Assembly (NCBI GenBank): GCA_963770895.1
Contig: CAVYRF010000001.1
Coordinates: forward strand, 192,001 to 256,000
Source of the DNA: an uncultured Acidobacteriota bacterium
GTDB lineage: Bacteria; Acidobacteriota; Thermoanaerobaculia; Multivoradales; UBA5704
DNA: 64,000 bases
Direction of reading: 5' to 3'
The position numbers and the translations under genes were made by a program. Below the pieces are notes generated by a model. It saw nothing but the letters and a program-made list of their open reading frames with translations. It did no database searches and had not been told where the DNA came from. This document shows positions 48,932-59,235 of the stretch, in pieces. Numbering within the stretch: position 1 is the first letter of the stretch; each line of letters starts with the position of its first letter.

Positions 48932-49468
48932 TTAGTTGCCGCTGGTCTTCTGCGGCCAGCGCACGAAGTAGCCGTCGGCCCACACCAGATCACGGTTGTA
49001 ATCGGTCGGGTCGAAGCCGGTGACGGTGTAGGACGTCGTGTCGGCCGTGTTGTCACGGCCGTAGCTGACGATGCCCATGACGCCGACGCCGCCCAGCGGG
49101 TTGGTGTAGTTGAGATAGTAATTGTAGGGGTTCTTCCAGCCGTCTTGCCCGGGGACGCTCTGGATGTACTGCGAAACCAGGATCGTCGTCAACGCGTCCA
49201 CCGAGATGGACTGGAAGTTGGCGAGGTTCACCGTGCTGGCGGTCTGGCCCGCGGCGGCGGCACCGGCCTGGTCGGTCAGCCAGGAGAACATGGCGGTCCC
49301 CAGGTTGCGCATGTCGGCCTCAGTCCGCTTCTGCTTCGCTTTTTGCAGAGCGTCGAGGAAGTTGGGAATCAGCAGGGCGGCGATGATGCCGATGATCGCC
49401 ACGACGATCAACAGCTCGATCAGGGTAAAGCCCCTCTCTCCCCGGCGGCGCCGAAACACTTTCAACAT
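48932..49468 (-). CDS. Type IV pilin / GspG-like prepilin, copy A
   Basis: Class III signal RG|FTLIELL and DGW.NPY motif; AGGAGAAGG RBS. Confidence 0.92.
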   Translation of the reverse strand: MLKVFRRRRGERGFTLIELLIVVAIIGIIAALLIPNFLDALQKAKQKRTEADMRNLGTAMFSWLTDQAGAAAAGQTASTVNLANFQSISVDALTTILVSQYIQSVPGQDGWKNPYNYYLNYTNPLGGVGVMGIVSYGRDNTADTTSYTVTGFDPTDYNRDLVWADGYFVRWPQKTSGN

Positions 49469-49525
49469 CGTCCCTTCTCCTTTCCTTGAGCGACTGTCCA
49501 GCTCTCTAGCCTTGACAGGTTCAAC

Positions 49526-49558
49526 GGAAACAACAGGCGCCGCAGGGAGCGGCGCCTG
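49526..49558 (-). terminator. Hairpin with weak U-tract between the two pilin genes
   Basis: CAGGCGCCGC-TCCCT-GCGGCGCCTG then TTGTTTCC. Confidence 0.65.
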
Positions 49559-49672
49559 AGTGCATCCTGGACGAAGGGGCCTTGCCGAAAGTACTCATGA
49601 TGTGCGTCGCGCCCCGTAGCCGATATCGTGGATCGAAAGCTTAATAACCAGTTGCTGCCAGCTGCCTTGCTG

Positions 49673-50209
49673 CTAGTTGCCGCTGGTCTTCTGCGGCCAG
49701 CGCACGAAGTAGCCGTCGGCCCAAACCAAGTCGCGGTTGTAATCGGTCGGGTCGAAGCCGGTGACGGTGTAGGACGTCGTGTCAGCCGTGTTGTCGCGGC
49801 CGTAGCTGATGATGCCCATGACGCCGACGCCGCCAAGCGGGTTGGTGTAGTTGAGATAGTAATTGTAGGGGTTCTTCCAGCCGTCTTGCCCGGGGACGCT
49901 CTGGATGTACTGCGAAACCAGGATCGTCGTCAACGCGCTCACCGAGATGGACTGGAAGTTGGCGAAGTTCACCGTGCTGGCGGTCTGGCCCGCGGCGGCG
50001 GCGCCGGCCTGGTCGGTCAGCCACGAGAACATCGCGGTGCCCAGGTTGCGCATGTCGGCCTCAGTCCGCTTCTGCTTGGCCTTCTGCAGGGCGTCTAGGA
50101 AGTTGGGGATCAGCAGCGCGGCGATGATGCCGATGATCGCGACGACGATCAACAGCTCGATCAATGTAAAGCCTCGTTGACTGCGGAGCTTACGCATTTT
50201 CTGTATCAT
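49673..50209 (-). CDS. Type IV pilin / GspG-like prepilin, copy B
   Basis: MIQKMRKLRSQRG|FTLIELL; the mature chain differs from copy A at 3 positions; GAGGA RBS, ATG 50209. Confidence 0.92.
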   Translation of the reverse strand: MIQKMRKLRSQRGFTLIELLIVVAIIGIIAALLIPNFLDALQKAKQKRTEADMRNLGTAMFSWLTDQAGAAAAGQTASTVNFANFQSISVSALTTILVSQYIQSVPGQDGWKNPYNYYLNYTNPLGGVGVMGIISYGRDNTADTTSYTVTGFDPTDYNRDLVWADGYFVRWPQKTSGN

Positions 50210-50280
50210 GACGATCCTCATCCCTTTCATGGCTCCAAAGCAACTCTCGGTCAATCCGAGAAGTATCGACTGCGGCCTAG

Positions 50281-50296
50281 TGCAGGGTTGGTGCCA
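50281..50296 (-). promoter_or_regulatory. sigma54 (-24/-12) promoter TGGCACCAACCCTGCA
   Basis: GG-N10-GC spacing exact, TGGCAC box, about 72 nt upstream of pilin copy B. Confidence 0.7.
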
Positions 50297-50510
50297 TGCT
50301 TGGAAGCCGGCTGAAATCAGCCAGCAATGGACACTTGCCGTGGTGGGGCCGCGGCCGGGTGTCGAATTTTGACACCGCTCAGGTACAGAAAACGTCAGAG
50401 GGCGGCGGGCGCCGCAGAGAGCTCGGCAGAGGTATGCTACGTCCTCATTTTTGGCGCCGCTGTGACGCTTGTAACTTGATATCGCCAGTCGGTGGCCCGG
50501 GAGAACCAGC

Positions 50511-51584
50511 ATGCAGGCGATCGTGCTCAAGGAGATCGGTGAGGTGGCGCTCGGCGAACGCCCGGACCCGCGCCTCACGGGTGACGGCGACGCGGTGGTG
50601 CGGGTGACCACGGCGGCGATCTGCGGCTCCGACGTCCATATCGTGGAGGGCCGCGACCGGGGTGTGCGGCCGGGGACGATCCTCGGCCACGAGTTCGTCG
50701 GCGTCGTCGAACAGCTGGCGCCCGGCGTCGCCAACCTGGCGGTCGGCGACCGGGTGCTGGCGCCGTTCACCATCAGCTGCGGCGACTGCTTCTTCTGCCG
50801 GCGGGGGCTGACCGCGCGCTGCGTGCACTCGGCGCCGTTCGGTTTTGTCACCGCCGACGGCTTCGGCCTGGAGGGCGCGCAGGCCGAGCGGGTGCGGGTG
50901 CCGCTCGCCGCGTCGACGCTGCTGCGCCTGCCGGGGGCCGAGGTGGCCGACGAGCAGGTGCTGCTGCTGGGCGACGTCTTTTCGACCGCCTGGTCGTGCG
51001 CCGATGCGGCTGCCTTCGGTCCCGGCGACACCGTGGTGGTGATCGGCTGCGGACCGGTCGGCCTGCTGTGCGTCATGGCGGCTCGCTGGCTGGGAGCGGG
51101 GGCGGTGGTGGCGATCGATCGCATCGACTATCGCCTGGACAAGGCGGCGCGCCTGGGAGCCCGGCCGCTCAACGCGCGCGACCTGCCCGGCGGCGCGATG
51201 CCGCCGCTCGTCGCCGAGCTGACCGCGGGCCGCGGTGCCGATGCGGTGCTCGAAGCGGTGGGCAGCGCGCCGGCCCTCGACCTGGCGCTGGCGGCGGTGC
51301 GCCCCGGCGGCGTGGTGTCGATCGCCGGCTACCACACCGACGCCGTTTATCCGCTGCCGATCCAGGCCGCCTACGGCAAGAACCTCACCTTGCGCATCGG
51401 CCGGTGCAGCGCGCGCTCGGTCATGGAGCGGCTGCTGCCGCGCGTGCTGGCCGAGCGGCTGCCGCTGGCCGACATCATCAGCCACACCCTGCCGCTCAGC
51501 CAGGGCGTCTACGCCTACGACCTGTTCCGCCGTCGCGACGACGCGGCCATCAAGGTGCTGCTCAAACCGGACGGCGCGGCATAG
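50511..51584 (+). CDS. Zn-dependent alcohol dehydrogenase (formaldehyde dehydrogenase-like)
   Basis: ICGSD.H, GHEFVG, CG.C.FC..G...RC, GAQAE, GCGPVG motifs. Confidence 0.92.
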   Translation: MQAIVLKEIGEVALGERPDPRLTGDGDAVVRVTTAAICGSDVHIVEGRDRGVRPGTILGHEFVGVVEQLAPGVANLAVGDRVLAPFTISCGDCFFCRRGLTARCVHSAPFGFVTADGFGLEGAQAERVRVPLAASTLLRLPGAEVADEQVLLLGDVFSTAWSCADAAAFGPGDTVVVIGCGPVGLLCVMAARWLGAGAVVAIDRIDYRLDKAARLGARPLNARDLPGGAMPPLVAELTAGRGADAVLEAVGSAPALDLALAAVRPGGVVSIAGYHTDAVYPLPIQAAYGKNLTLRIGRCSARSVMERLLPRVLAERLPLADIISHTLPLSQGVYAYDLFRRRDDAAIKVLLKPDGAA

Positions 51585-51610
51585 TATCGCGCGGGAGCTC
51601 GCCAGCCGCC

Positions 51611-53428
51611 ATGGAATCGTCATCGATGGGTGCCCCTGAGAAAGACCGCCCGCCCGGCGGCGGTGCGCCCGGCGCCGCGGCGGCGCCGGGCTTTGCCATG
51701 CCGGCCGAATCGCGCGCCGCCCTGTGGTGGCTGCTCGGTCTGCTGGTGGCGTGGTCGTCGTGGTTCATCTATCGCACGTCGTTCGTCGCCGGCGGCCAGC
51801 GCGTGTTCTGCCTCTTCGATGACGCCATGATCTCGATGGCGTACGCCAGGAACCTGCTGGCGGGATACGGCCTGAACTGGGCGCGCTCCGGACGCCCGGT
51901 CGAAGGTTTCACCCACCCGCTGTGGACCGCCCTGATGGTGCCGGTCAACGCGCTGCCGCTCGCCCTGCGCTACAGGAGCCTGGTGGTGCAGGCGATGTCG
52001 CTCGCCCTGCTCGCCGCCAACGTCGTCCTGGTGCGCCGGCTGGTGCTGCGTTTCTTCTCGACCGAGAGGGCGCGGCACTGGCTGCCGGCGGCGCTGCTGA
52101 CCGCCTTCTACTACCCGCTCGACTACTGGTCGCTGGTCGGCATGGAAACCGGGTTGCAGGCGCTGCTGGTCACCGCCTCGGTGCTGCTTGCCTTCGACAT
52201 CGTTTGCCGCGGCCGCGATCGCCAGCGCGAGCTGCTGCTGGTGGGCGCCGCCGCCTACCTGCTGCGCATGGACATGCTGCTGATGGTCGCGGTGGTGCAG
52301 GGCTTCGTCATCGCCTGCGGCGGCCGGCGCGTCCTGGGCGCCCGCTTCTGGCAGGGGCTGGCAGCGCTGGCCGCGGTGATCGCCGGCAGCAGCGCGCTGC
52401 GCTGGTTCTACTTCGGCGACCTGCTGCCCAACACCTACTATCTCAAGCTGTATCGCGTGCCGCTGGAAGTGCGGCTGCTGCGCGGCTACAAGCTGCTGTC
52501 GATGATGATCCTGGATCACGTGCTGCTGCTGCTCGCGATCGGCGCCGGCGTCGGCGTGCTGGTGCGCTACGGCCGCGACCGCGGGCTTGCCCGGCGCCTG
52601 ATGCTGCCGTCGCTGCTGCTGCTGGCGGCGTTCGCCTACAGCGTCTACGTCGGCGGCGACGCCTGGGACATGCAGGTCAACATGCGCGCCAATCGCTTTA
52701 TCGCCTATGTGATGCCGCAGCTGTTCGTGCTGTTCGCCGCGGTGCTCAACCAGCTCGCCGACCGCATGGCCGCGCGCCCCACCGGCGACGGCCTGGGCCG
52801 CCACTTCGTGGTCGCGGCGGCGACGGCGCTGGCCTTTCTGATCGCCAACGGCCTGTGGATGGCGGACCAGGACACCGACAACTGGCAGGCGCTGGCCGTC
52901 ACCCGCAGCCCCTACGAGATGGACGTGCAGGCGGCGGTCTACGAGAAGCTGCTCAAGCTGGAACGCGCGCTGGGGCCCACCGGCGTCGTGTCGACCAGCT
53001 CCGCCGGCCTGCCCGCCTTCTTCACCGACTACCAGATGGTCGACGTCCTGGGCTACAACGAACGCCACATCGCGCGCCTGGCGCCCGCCATCCCGCTGGG
53101 CCCCGACACCTACATGAATTACGTCCCCGGCCACGTCAAGTGGGACTACCCGTACGTCATCCTGCACTACCACCCCGACGCCCTGCTGCAGCCCTGGGGC
53201 ACCGGCGTGCGCCTGGCCTGGCTCACTTCCCTGGGCTACCGCCGCGAACGCGAAGGCGACTTCTGGATCCTCCAGCGTCCCGCCGCGCCGGGCGCCGCCG
53301 TCTCCGTCGCGCCGGGCGCCGCCGTCCCCGTCGCGCCGGGCGCCCCCGCCACTCCGTCCCCGCTGTCGACCGCGCCGCCCATCCCGTCCGCCCCGCCCAA
53401 CGCCGCGCCGGGCGCCGGCACACGCTAA
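51611..53428 (+). CDS. GT-C-fold membrane glycosyltransferase-like protein (AftB-like)
   Basis: DDA.IS..YARNL..G.G..W....VEG.T.PLW, GMET, R.D, R..YFGD.LPNTYY.K, GGD motifs. Confidence 0.75.
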   Translation: MESSSMGAPEKDRPPGGGAPGAAAAPGFAMPAESRAALWWLLGLLVAWSSWFIYRTSFVAGGQRVFCLFDDAMISMAYARNLLAGYGLNWARSGRPVEGFTHPLWTALMVPVNALPLALRYRSLVVQAMSLALLAANVVLVRRLVLRFFSTERARHWLPAALLTAFYYPLDYWSLVGMETGLQALLVTASVLLAFDIVCRGRDRQRELLLVGAAAYLLRMDMLLMVAVVQGFVIACGGRRVLGARFWQGLAALAAVIAGSSALRWFYFGDLLPNTYYLKLYRVPLEVRLLRGYKLLSMMILDHVLLLLAIGAGVGVLVRYGRDRGLARRLMLPSLLLLAAFAYSVYVGGDAWDMQVNMRANRFIAYVMPQLFVLFAAVLNQLADRMAARPTGDGLGRHFVVAAATALAFLIANGLWMADQDTDNWQALAVTRSPYEMDVQAAVYEKLLKLERALGPTGVVSTSSAGLPAFFTDYQMVDVLGYNERHIARLAPAIPLGPDTYMNYVPGHVKWDYPYVILHYHPDALLQPWGTGVRLAWLTSLGYRREREGDFWILQRPAAPGAAVSVAPGAAVPVAPGAPATPSPLSTAPPIPSAPPNAAPGAGTR

Positions 53429-53748
53429 CCGGCGGCGGCCGGAGCCGCGGCAGCCTGAGCGGCGATCCGGGTGCGCAGGATGGCCGCCGCGGCGACCATG
53501 TTGCGCAAGGCCGCGTCGACCTCCGGCCAGCCCCTGGTCTTGAGGTCACAGTCGGGGTTCACCCAGATCCGCTCCGCCGGCACCACGCGCGCTGCCTTGT
53601 CGAGCAGCTCGACCATCTCTTCGCACGTCGGCACGCGCGGCGAATGGATGTCGTACACGCCGGGACCGATGTCGTTCGGATAGCGGAAGGTGGCGAAGTC
53701 GCCCAGCAGCTCCATGCGGGACCGCGAGGTTTCGATCGCCAGCACGTC
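53425..53748 (-). pseudogene. metE: Cobalamin-independent methionine synthase C-terminal fragment
   Basis: IETSRS.MELL..F....[17 protein letters not shown]...WVNPDC(D)LKTR.W.EV; only about 107 codons remain and a conserved Gly is replaced by Asp. Confidence 0.9.
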
Positions 53749-53750
53749 GC

Positions 53751-54062
53751 GCCAGGATCACCTGCCGCGAGGAGCCCGCCTTCACGCGCGACTATCTCGA
53801 CCCCGACAAGCGTTCGATCGCCAATGCTCTCACCGTGACCCTCGACGACGGCACGGTCCTGCCCGAGGTGCGAGTCGACTACCCGATCGGCCACCGCCGC
53901 CGGCGCGCCGAAGGATTCCCGCTGCTCGCGGCAGAGTTCTGCACCAACCTCGCCCGCCGCTTCGCGGCCCCCCGGCAGGCCGCCATCCTCGATCTTTCGC
54001 TCGATGACCGGCGGCTTGCGGCGACGCCGGTGCCCGCATGCGTCGACGCGTACATTCCATGA
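53751..54062 (+). pseudogene. prpD: 2-methylcitrate dehydratase C-terminal fragment
   Basis: E.P.FT.DY.DP.KRSIANA.TV...DG....V.VDYPIGH.RRR.EG.PLL...F..NL.RRF; about 103 codons remain. Confidence 0.88.
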
Positions 54063-54194
54063 GATTCCCGCGTGCGCGTTGGCGTATTTGCCCGAGGATC
54101 GAAATAGTTCCGTAGGCACCCGCGGCGCTGGAGGCCCGCTAGCCGGCTACCGAGGATGGGCTACACTGAAGCTCGATTCTCGGAGGTTGCCAGA

Positions 54195-57100
54195 GTGAGC
54201 TTGAAATCGATCCCCGCCGTGCAACGCGTCGCCCGCTTTCAGAGCCTGATCCTGATCCTGGTCCTGGTGCTGCTCTCGATCCTGCGGCCTGTTGTCGCAG
54301 GAGCGGCCGAGGACGCATCGCCCGCAACGCCGACGTCGCCGGTCGCCTGGACGCCGGCGCCTGCCGCGTCCGGTGTGTCCGCCGGCGCCGGCGAGCCGCT
54401 ATCCGCGGCGGCGACCCCGACCGCCGGGGTGCCGCCAGCCATGCTGTCGCATCTGCAGTGGCGGATGATCGGGCCGTTCCGGGGTGGGCGGACGGTGGCG
54501 GCGGTGGGGGTGCCGGGACACCCCAACCTGTTCTACATGGGGGTGAACAACGGCGGCGTTTGGAAGACCGATGACGCCGGGCGCACCTGGCAGCCGATCT
54601 TCGACGACCAGCCGACGCAATCGATCGGCTCGATCGCCGTGGCGCCGTCCGATCCGCGGGTGCTGTACGTGGGCAGCGGCGAGGGGCTGCAACGGCCCGA
54701 CCTGTCGGTCGGCGACGGCATCTATAAATCGACCGACGGCGGCGCCACCTGGCAGCACCTGGGCCTGCGCGACGGCCAGCAGATCCCGGCCCTGCTGGTC
54801 GATCCGCACGACCCCGAGCGGGTGTTCGCCGCGGTGCTCGGGCACCCCTATGGGGCCAACGCGGAGCGCGGCGTGTTTCGCTCGACCGACGGCGGCCGCA
54901 GCTGGCAGAAGGTGCTGTACAAGGACGACAACACCGGCGCCGTGGACCTGGCCTTCGATCCCGCCGACCCGCGCATCGTCTATGCCTCGCTGTGGGCCGC
55001 CCGTCAGGCGCCTTGGGAGATCGGCGGGTCGTTTGCGATCGCCGGCAGCGGCCTGTACAAGTCGATCGACGGCGGCGATACCTGGAAGCCGCTCACCCAG
55101 GGCCTGCCGGGAGCCGCGGAGGGGCTGGGCCGCATCGGCATCGGTGTCGCTCCCAGCCGGCGCGAGCGCATCTACCTGCAGGTCGAAGCCGACGCCCGCC
55201 ACACCGGCGTGTACCGTTCCGACGACGGCGGCGCCAGCTTCCACCGGGTCGACGACGAAGGGCGGGTCTCGGGACGCGGCGCGGATTTCGCGGAGATCAA
55301 GGCGGACCCCAAGGATGCCGACGTGGTGTATGTCTGCAACACCTCCACCTATCGTTCGACGGACGCGGGCGTCACCTGGACCGCCATCAAGGGCGCGCCG
55401 GGCGGCGACGACTACCATCGCATCTGGATCGATCCCGATCATCCGCAGGTGCTGCTGCTGGGCAACGACCAGGGGGCGGTGATCAGCCAGAACGGCGGCA
55501 GGACGTGGAGCTCGTGGTACAACCAGCCGACGGCGCAGTTCTACCACGTCATCACCGACGACCGCTTCCCCTATTGGGTCTACGGCGGCCAGCAGGAGAG
55601 CGGTTCCGCGGCGGTCGCCAGCCGCGGCAACGACGGTCAGATCACCTTCCGCGACTGGCATCCGGTCGGCGCCGAAGAATACGGCTACATCGCGCCCGAC
55701 CCGCTGCACCCCAACCTGGTCTACGGCGGCAAGCTCTCCCGCTTCGACTGGTCCACCGGCCAGGTGCAGGACGTCGCGCCCGAAACCCTGCGCGGCGGCA
55801 AGATCCGCTACGTGCGGACGCAGCCCCTGGTCTTTTCGCCGGCCGACCCGCACGTCCTGTACTACGCCGGCAGCGTGCTGTTCCAGACCACCGACGGCGG
55901 CCAGAGCTGGCAGACCATCAGCCCCGATCTCACCCGGCCGCATCCCGAAGTGCCCGCCGTGCTCGGCGCCTTCACCGCCGCCGACCCCCAGGCCGGCGCG
56001 CACCGCGGCGTCATCTACGCGCTGGCGCCGGCGTGGTCCGACGTACGCCAGATCTGGGCCGGCACCGACGACGGGCTCATCCAGCTCACCCGCGACGGCG
56101 GTGCCCACTGGCAGGACGTCACCCCGCCGGCGCTCACCTCGTGGAGCAAGGTGTCGGTGCTTGAGGCGTCGCACTTCGACACCGCCACCGCCTACGCCGC
56201 CATCAATCGCTTCCGCCTCGACGACCTGCACCCGCACATCCTGCGCACCCGCGACTTCGGCAAGACCTGGCAGGAGATCGTCCAGGGCCTGCCCGACAAC
56301 GAGGTGGTCAACACCGTGCGCCAGGACCGCGTGCGGCGCGGCCTGCTCTTCGCCGGCACCGAGCGCGGCGTCTACGTTTCGTTCGACGACGGCGACCACT
56401 GGCAATCGCTGCGCCGCAATCTCCCCGCGACCGCCGTGCGCGACCTGGCCCTGCACGGCGACGACCTGATCGCCGGCACCCACGGCCGTTCGTTCTGGAT
56501 CATGGACGACATCAGCTCGCTGCGGGAGCTGGACGCGCACGTGCTGGCCGCGGCGCCGGCGTACCTGTTTCAGCCCGCGCCCGCCTACCGCCTGCGCCGC
56601 GACCTGAACACCGATACGCCCCTGCCGCCCGACGAGCCCTCCGGCAAGAACCCGCCGGACGGCGCCATCCTGGAGTACCTGCTGCAGGCCCCGGTCGCCG
56701 GCCCGGTCGCCATCGAGATCCGCACCGCCGGCGGCGACCTGGTGCGGCGCTACGGCAGCGACGATCGGCTCGCGCCGGTCGATCCCAAGACCCTGGCCGT
56801 GCCGATGTACTGGGTGCGCCCGCCGCAGCCTTTGCCAGGGGACCCCGGCCTGCATCGCTTCGTCTGGGACCTGCGCTTCCCGCCGCCGGAGTCGCTGCAC
56901 CGCGACTACCCGATCGCCGCCATCCTCCACGACACTCCGGCCGAGCCCCAGGGGCCGCTGGTCCTCCCCGGCCAGTACCAGGTCCGCCTGTCGGTGGGCG
57001 GCCAGACCTTCACCCGGTCGCTCACCGTCAAGATGGACCCCCGCGTCCAGGTCACCGCCGCCGATCTGGCCCGCCAGGCCGCCCTGGCCGCAACCCTGGA

Positions 57101-57551
57101 AACCGCCATCCACCGCGACGCCGCCGCGCTGCGCCAGATCCACGATCTGCACGCCCGCCTGGCCGGCCTTGCCACCGCGGTCCAGACCGCCGACCAGCGC
57201 CAGGCCGCCACCACCCTGGACATCCGCCTGGCCGCCCTGGCCACCGGCGGCCCCGGCGGCGATGACGACGAGGATGAAGAAGAAGCCGATGCTCCAACCG
57301 GCAGCGCCGCCGACAACCTGACCCAGCTCAACGGCGAGCTATCGCGCCTGCTGGTCGCCATCGACGAAACCGACGCCGCCCCCACCACCCAACAGACCGC
57401 CGCTGTCGCCACCCTGACGCAGCGCCTGGGCGCGGTCCTCGATCACCTGGCCGCCCTCCAGGCCCAGGACCTGCCCGCCTTGGCCCTCAGCGAGCCCGCC
57501 CAGCCGGAGGGAGCCGCCGCTCCTCATCCCAAGGCAAGCCAGGCCCCCTGA
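54195..57551 (+). CDS. Secreted VPS10/BNR (Asp-box) repeat glycosyl hydrolase-like protein
   Basis: WR.IGP.RGGR, many S.DGG.(T/S)W Asp boxes, GGDD.H, GTHGR..WI; GGAGG RBS with GTG 54195. Confidence 0.9.
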   Translation: MSLKSIPAVQRVARFQSLILILVLVLLSILRPVVAGAAEDASPATPTSPVAWTPAPAASGVSAGAGEPLSAAATPTAGVPPAMLSHLQWRMIGPFRGGRTVAAVGVPGHPNLFYMGVNNGGVWKTDDAGRTWQPIFDDQPTQSIGSIAVAPSDPRVLYVGSGEGLQRPDLSVGDGIYKSTDGGATWQHLGLRDGQQIPALLVDPHDPERVFAAVLGHPYGANAERGVFRSTDGGRSWQKVLYKDDNTGAVDLAFDPADPRIVYASLWAARQAPWEIGGSFAIAGSGLYKSIDGGDTWKPLTQGLPGAAEGLGRIGIGVAPSRRERIYLQVEADARHTGVYRSDDGGASFHRVDDEGRVSGRGADFAEIKADPKDADVVYVCNTSTYRSTDAGVTWTAIKGAPGGDDYHRIWIDPDHPQVLLLGNDQGAVISQNGGRTWSSWYNQPTAQFYHVITDDRFPYWVYGGQQESGSAAVASRGNDGQITFRDWHPVGAEEYGYIAPDPLHPNLVYGGKLSRFDWSTGQVQDVAPETLRGGKIRYVRTQPLVFSPADPHVLYYAGSVLFQTTDGGQSWQTISPDLTRPHPEVPAVLGAFTAADPQAGAHRGVIYALAPAWSDVRQIWAGTDDGLIQLTRDGGAHWQDVTPPALTSWSKVSVLEASHFDTATAYAAINRFRLDDLHPHILRTRDFGKTWQEIVQGLPDNEVVNTVRQDRVRRGLLFAGTERGVYVSFDDGDHWQSLRRNLPATAVRDLALHGDDLIAGTHGRSFWIMDDISSLRELDAHVLAAAPAYLFQPAPAYRLRRDLNTDTPLPPDEPSGKNPPDGAILEYLLQAPVAGPVAIEIRTAGGDLVRRYGSDDRLAPVDPKTLAVPMYWVRPPQPLPGDPGLHRFVWDLRFPPPESLHRDYPIAAILHDTPAEPQGPLVLPGQYQVRLSVGGQTFTRSLTVKMDPRVQVTAADLARQAALAATLETAIHRDAAALRQIHDLHARLAGLATAVQTADQRQAATTLDIRLAALATGGPGGDDDEDEEEADAPTGSAADNLTQLNGELSRLLVAIDETDAAPTTQQTAAVATLTQRLGAVLDHLAALQAQDLPALALSEPAQPEGAAAPHPKASQAP

Positions 57552-57586
57552 CTGGCGCCGCTGGCCCGCCAGCGCTAAGCCTGGGA

Positions 57587-57609
57587 TGGTGGGAGGTCCA
57601 GGAATTGAA
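57587..57609 (-). mobile_element. tRNA 3'-end fragment, putative att site at island border
   Basis: TTCAATT-CCTGG-ACCTCCC-A-CCA matches T-loop(7) + T-stem(5) + acceptor(7) + discriminator + CCA in exact register; GC drops immediately to its right. Confidence 0.6.
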
Positions 57610-57858
57610 GCTCCTCGACGGGACCCGGCTAATATTCAAATCCAGGTCCTTGCGGTCGCTGCGCGAGCCTGCCGGTGAGCCGCAGCCGTCAGATCCACGC
57701 CGCTTTTCGCGATAGGCACATCGTCTTCGGACACACAGGATAGCCAGGGGGTAGGAGGCTCCACGAGTCGTCACCATGTCCTACAATGGTGTAGCGAGAA
57801 ACCGTGGGTCATTCGCTGCGCGGCATCAGACCGCGCTAGCCAGCCGGAGGTCGCGCTC

Positions 57859-59235
57859 ATGCTTACAAGGCTTTCGTTTCAAAGCTTCAAGTCGTGGCGC
57901 GATACCGGCAATATCCGCTTGGCGCCGATTACTGCTCTCTTCGGATCCAACAGCTCCGGTAAGACAAGCATCGTTCAGATGCTGCTCTTGTTGAAGCAGA
58001 CGGCGGAATCTCCTGACAGGGCACAGGTTTTGAACCTGGGTGACGATCGAAGCCTGGTTGACCTCGGTACATTCCAGGATGTCCTCTTCGCACATCAGCT
58101 GACCAATTCTCTAGACGTGCGGATCGCCTGGGCCTTGCCTACGCATCTGGAGATTGCAGATCCGACTACCAGAGGCAGCATCCTTTTCCAGGGCGACGAG
58201 ATCGAGTTTTCCACTTCTATCGAGTGGCACGCAAACGGTGAAGCCGGCCCTGGTCGGCCACTCGTCCAACAGATGCAGTATCGCTTCGCTGGCAGACAAT
58301 TTGGCATGCGGCAAGCAGCAGGAAAAAAATCCGAGTATGTCCTCTTTAGTCTACCATCCAGCTTCAAGTTCATCCGCACTCAAGGCCGCAAGTGGCCGTT
58401 GCCACCTCCAGTGAAGTGCTATGGCTTCCCCGATCAAGTAAAAGCATACTATCAAAATGGCAGCTTTCTCTCCGACTTCGAGCTGCGGTTCGAAGAGCTT
58501 TGCGGCCGGCTCTTCTATCTCGGCCCTCTCAGGGAGTATCCGCAGCGGCAATACCAATGGGCAGGCGCCCAGCCAGCGGACATGGGGCGGCGCGGCGAAC
58601 GAGTAGTAGACGCGTTGCTGGCTTCGCGCGAATCAGGGGTGAAGCTTTCCCGCGGCCGTGGAAGGACACGCACCACAGTCGAAGAGCGGGTCGCGGAATG
58701 GCTCAAGGAACTGGGTCTGATCGATTCGTTCGAAGTGCGCGCCATCGCCGGCAGCCGCCTTTTCCAGGTTTGGGTCCGACGCCACCCTGGGACACCCGAG
58801 GTGTTGATCACAGACGTTGGCTTTGGCATATCGCAGATCCTGCCGGTGCTCACGCTATGCTATTACGCCCCAGAAGGCTCCACCGTCCTTCTCGAGCAAC
58901 CGGAAATCCACCTCCATCCTAGCGTGCAGGCGGGGCTCGCGGACGTGATTATCGACGCAATGAAGACGCGCCACATTCAGATCGTCCTGGAGAGCCATAG
59001 CGAGCATCTGCTCCGTCGCCTGCAGCGGCGTATGGCGGAAGAGCAGCTCCAGCCCGACGACGCCGCGTTCTACTTTTGCAATGAAATTGGAGGAGAGTCC
59101 AGGTTGACCCCCCTTGAGCTGGACTCTTTCGGAAACATCGAGAACTGGCCGAAGGATTTCTTTGGTGACGACTTTGGCGAGATTGCTGCGATGAGTCAGG
59201 CCGCTCTTGAGCGTAGACGGAGAGGTGCCAAGTGA
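57859..59235 (+). CDS. ABC-type AAA ATPase with C-terminal DUF3696
   Basis: FKS, Walker A GSNSSGKTS, Y.GPLR, DVGFGISQ.LP, Walker B LLEQPE.HLHP, ESHSEH, G....WP.DFF; GGAGG RBS. Confidence 0.9.
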   Translation: MLTRLSFQSFKSWRDTGNIRLAPITALFGSNSSGKTSIVQMLLLLKQTAESPDRAQVLNLGDDRSLVDLGTFQDVLFAHQLTNSLDVRIAWALPTHLEIADPTTRGSILFQGDEIEFSTSIEWHANGEAGPGRPLVQQMQYRFAGRQFGMRQAAGKKSEYVLFSLPSSFKFIRTQGRKWPLPPPVKCYGFPDQVKAYYQNGSFLSDFELRFEELCGRLFYLGPLREYPQRQYQWAGAQPADMGRRGERVVDALLASRESGVKLSRGRGRTRTTVEERVAEWLKELGLIDSFEVRAIAGSRLFQVWVRRHPGTPEVLITDVGFGISQILPVLTLCYYAPEGSTVLLEQPEIHLHPSVQAGLADVIIDAMKTRHIQIVLESHSEHLLRRLQRRMAEEQLQPDDAAFYFCNEIGGESRLTPLELDSFGNIENWPKDFFGDDFGEIAAMSQAALERRRRGAK

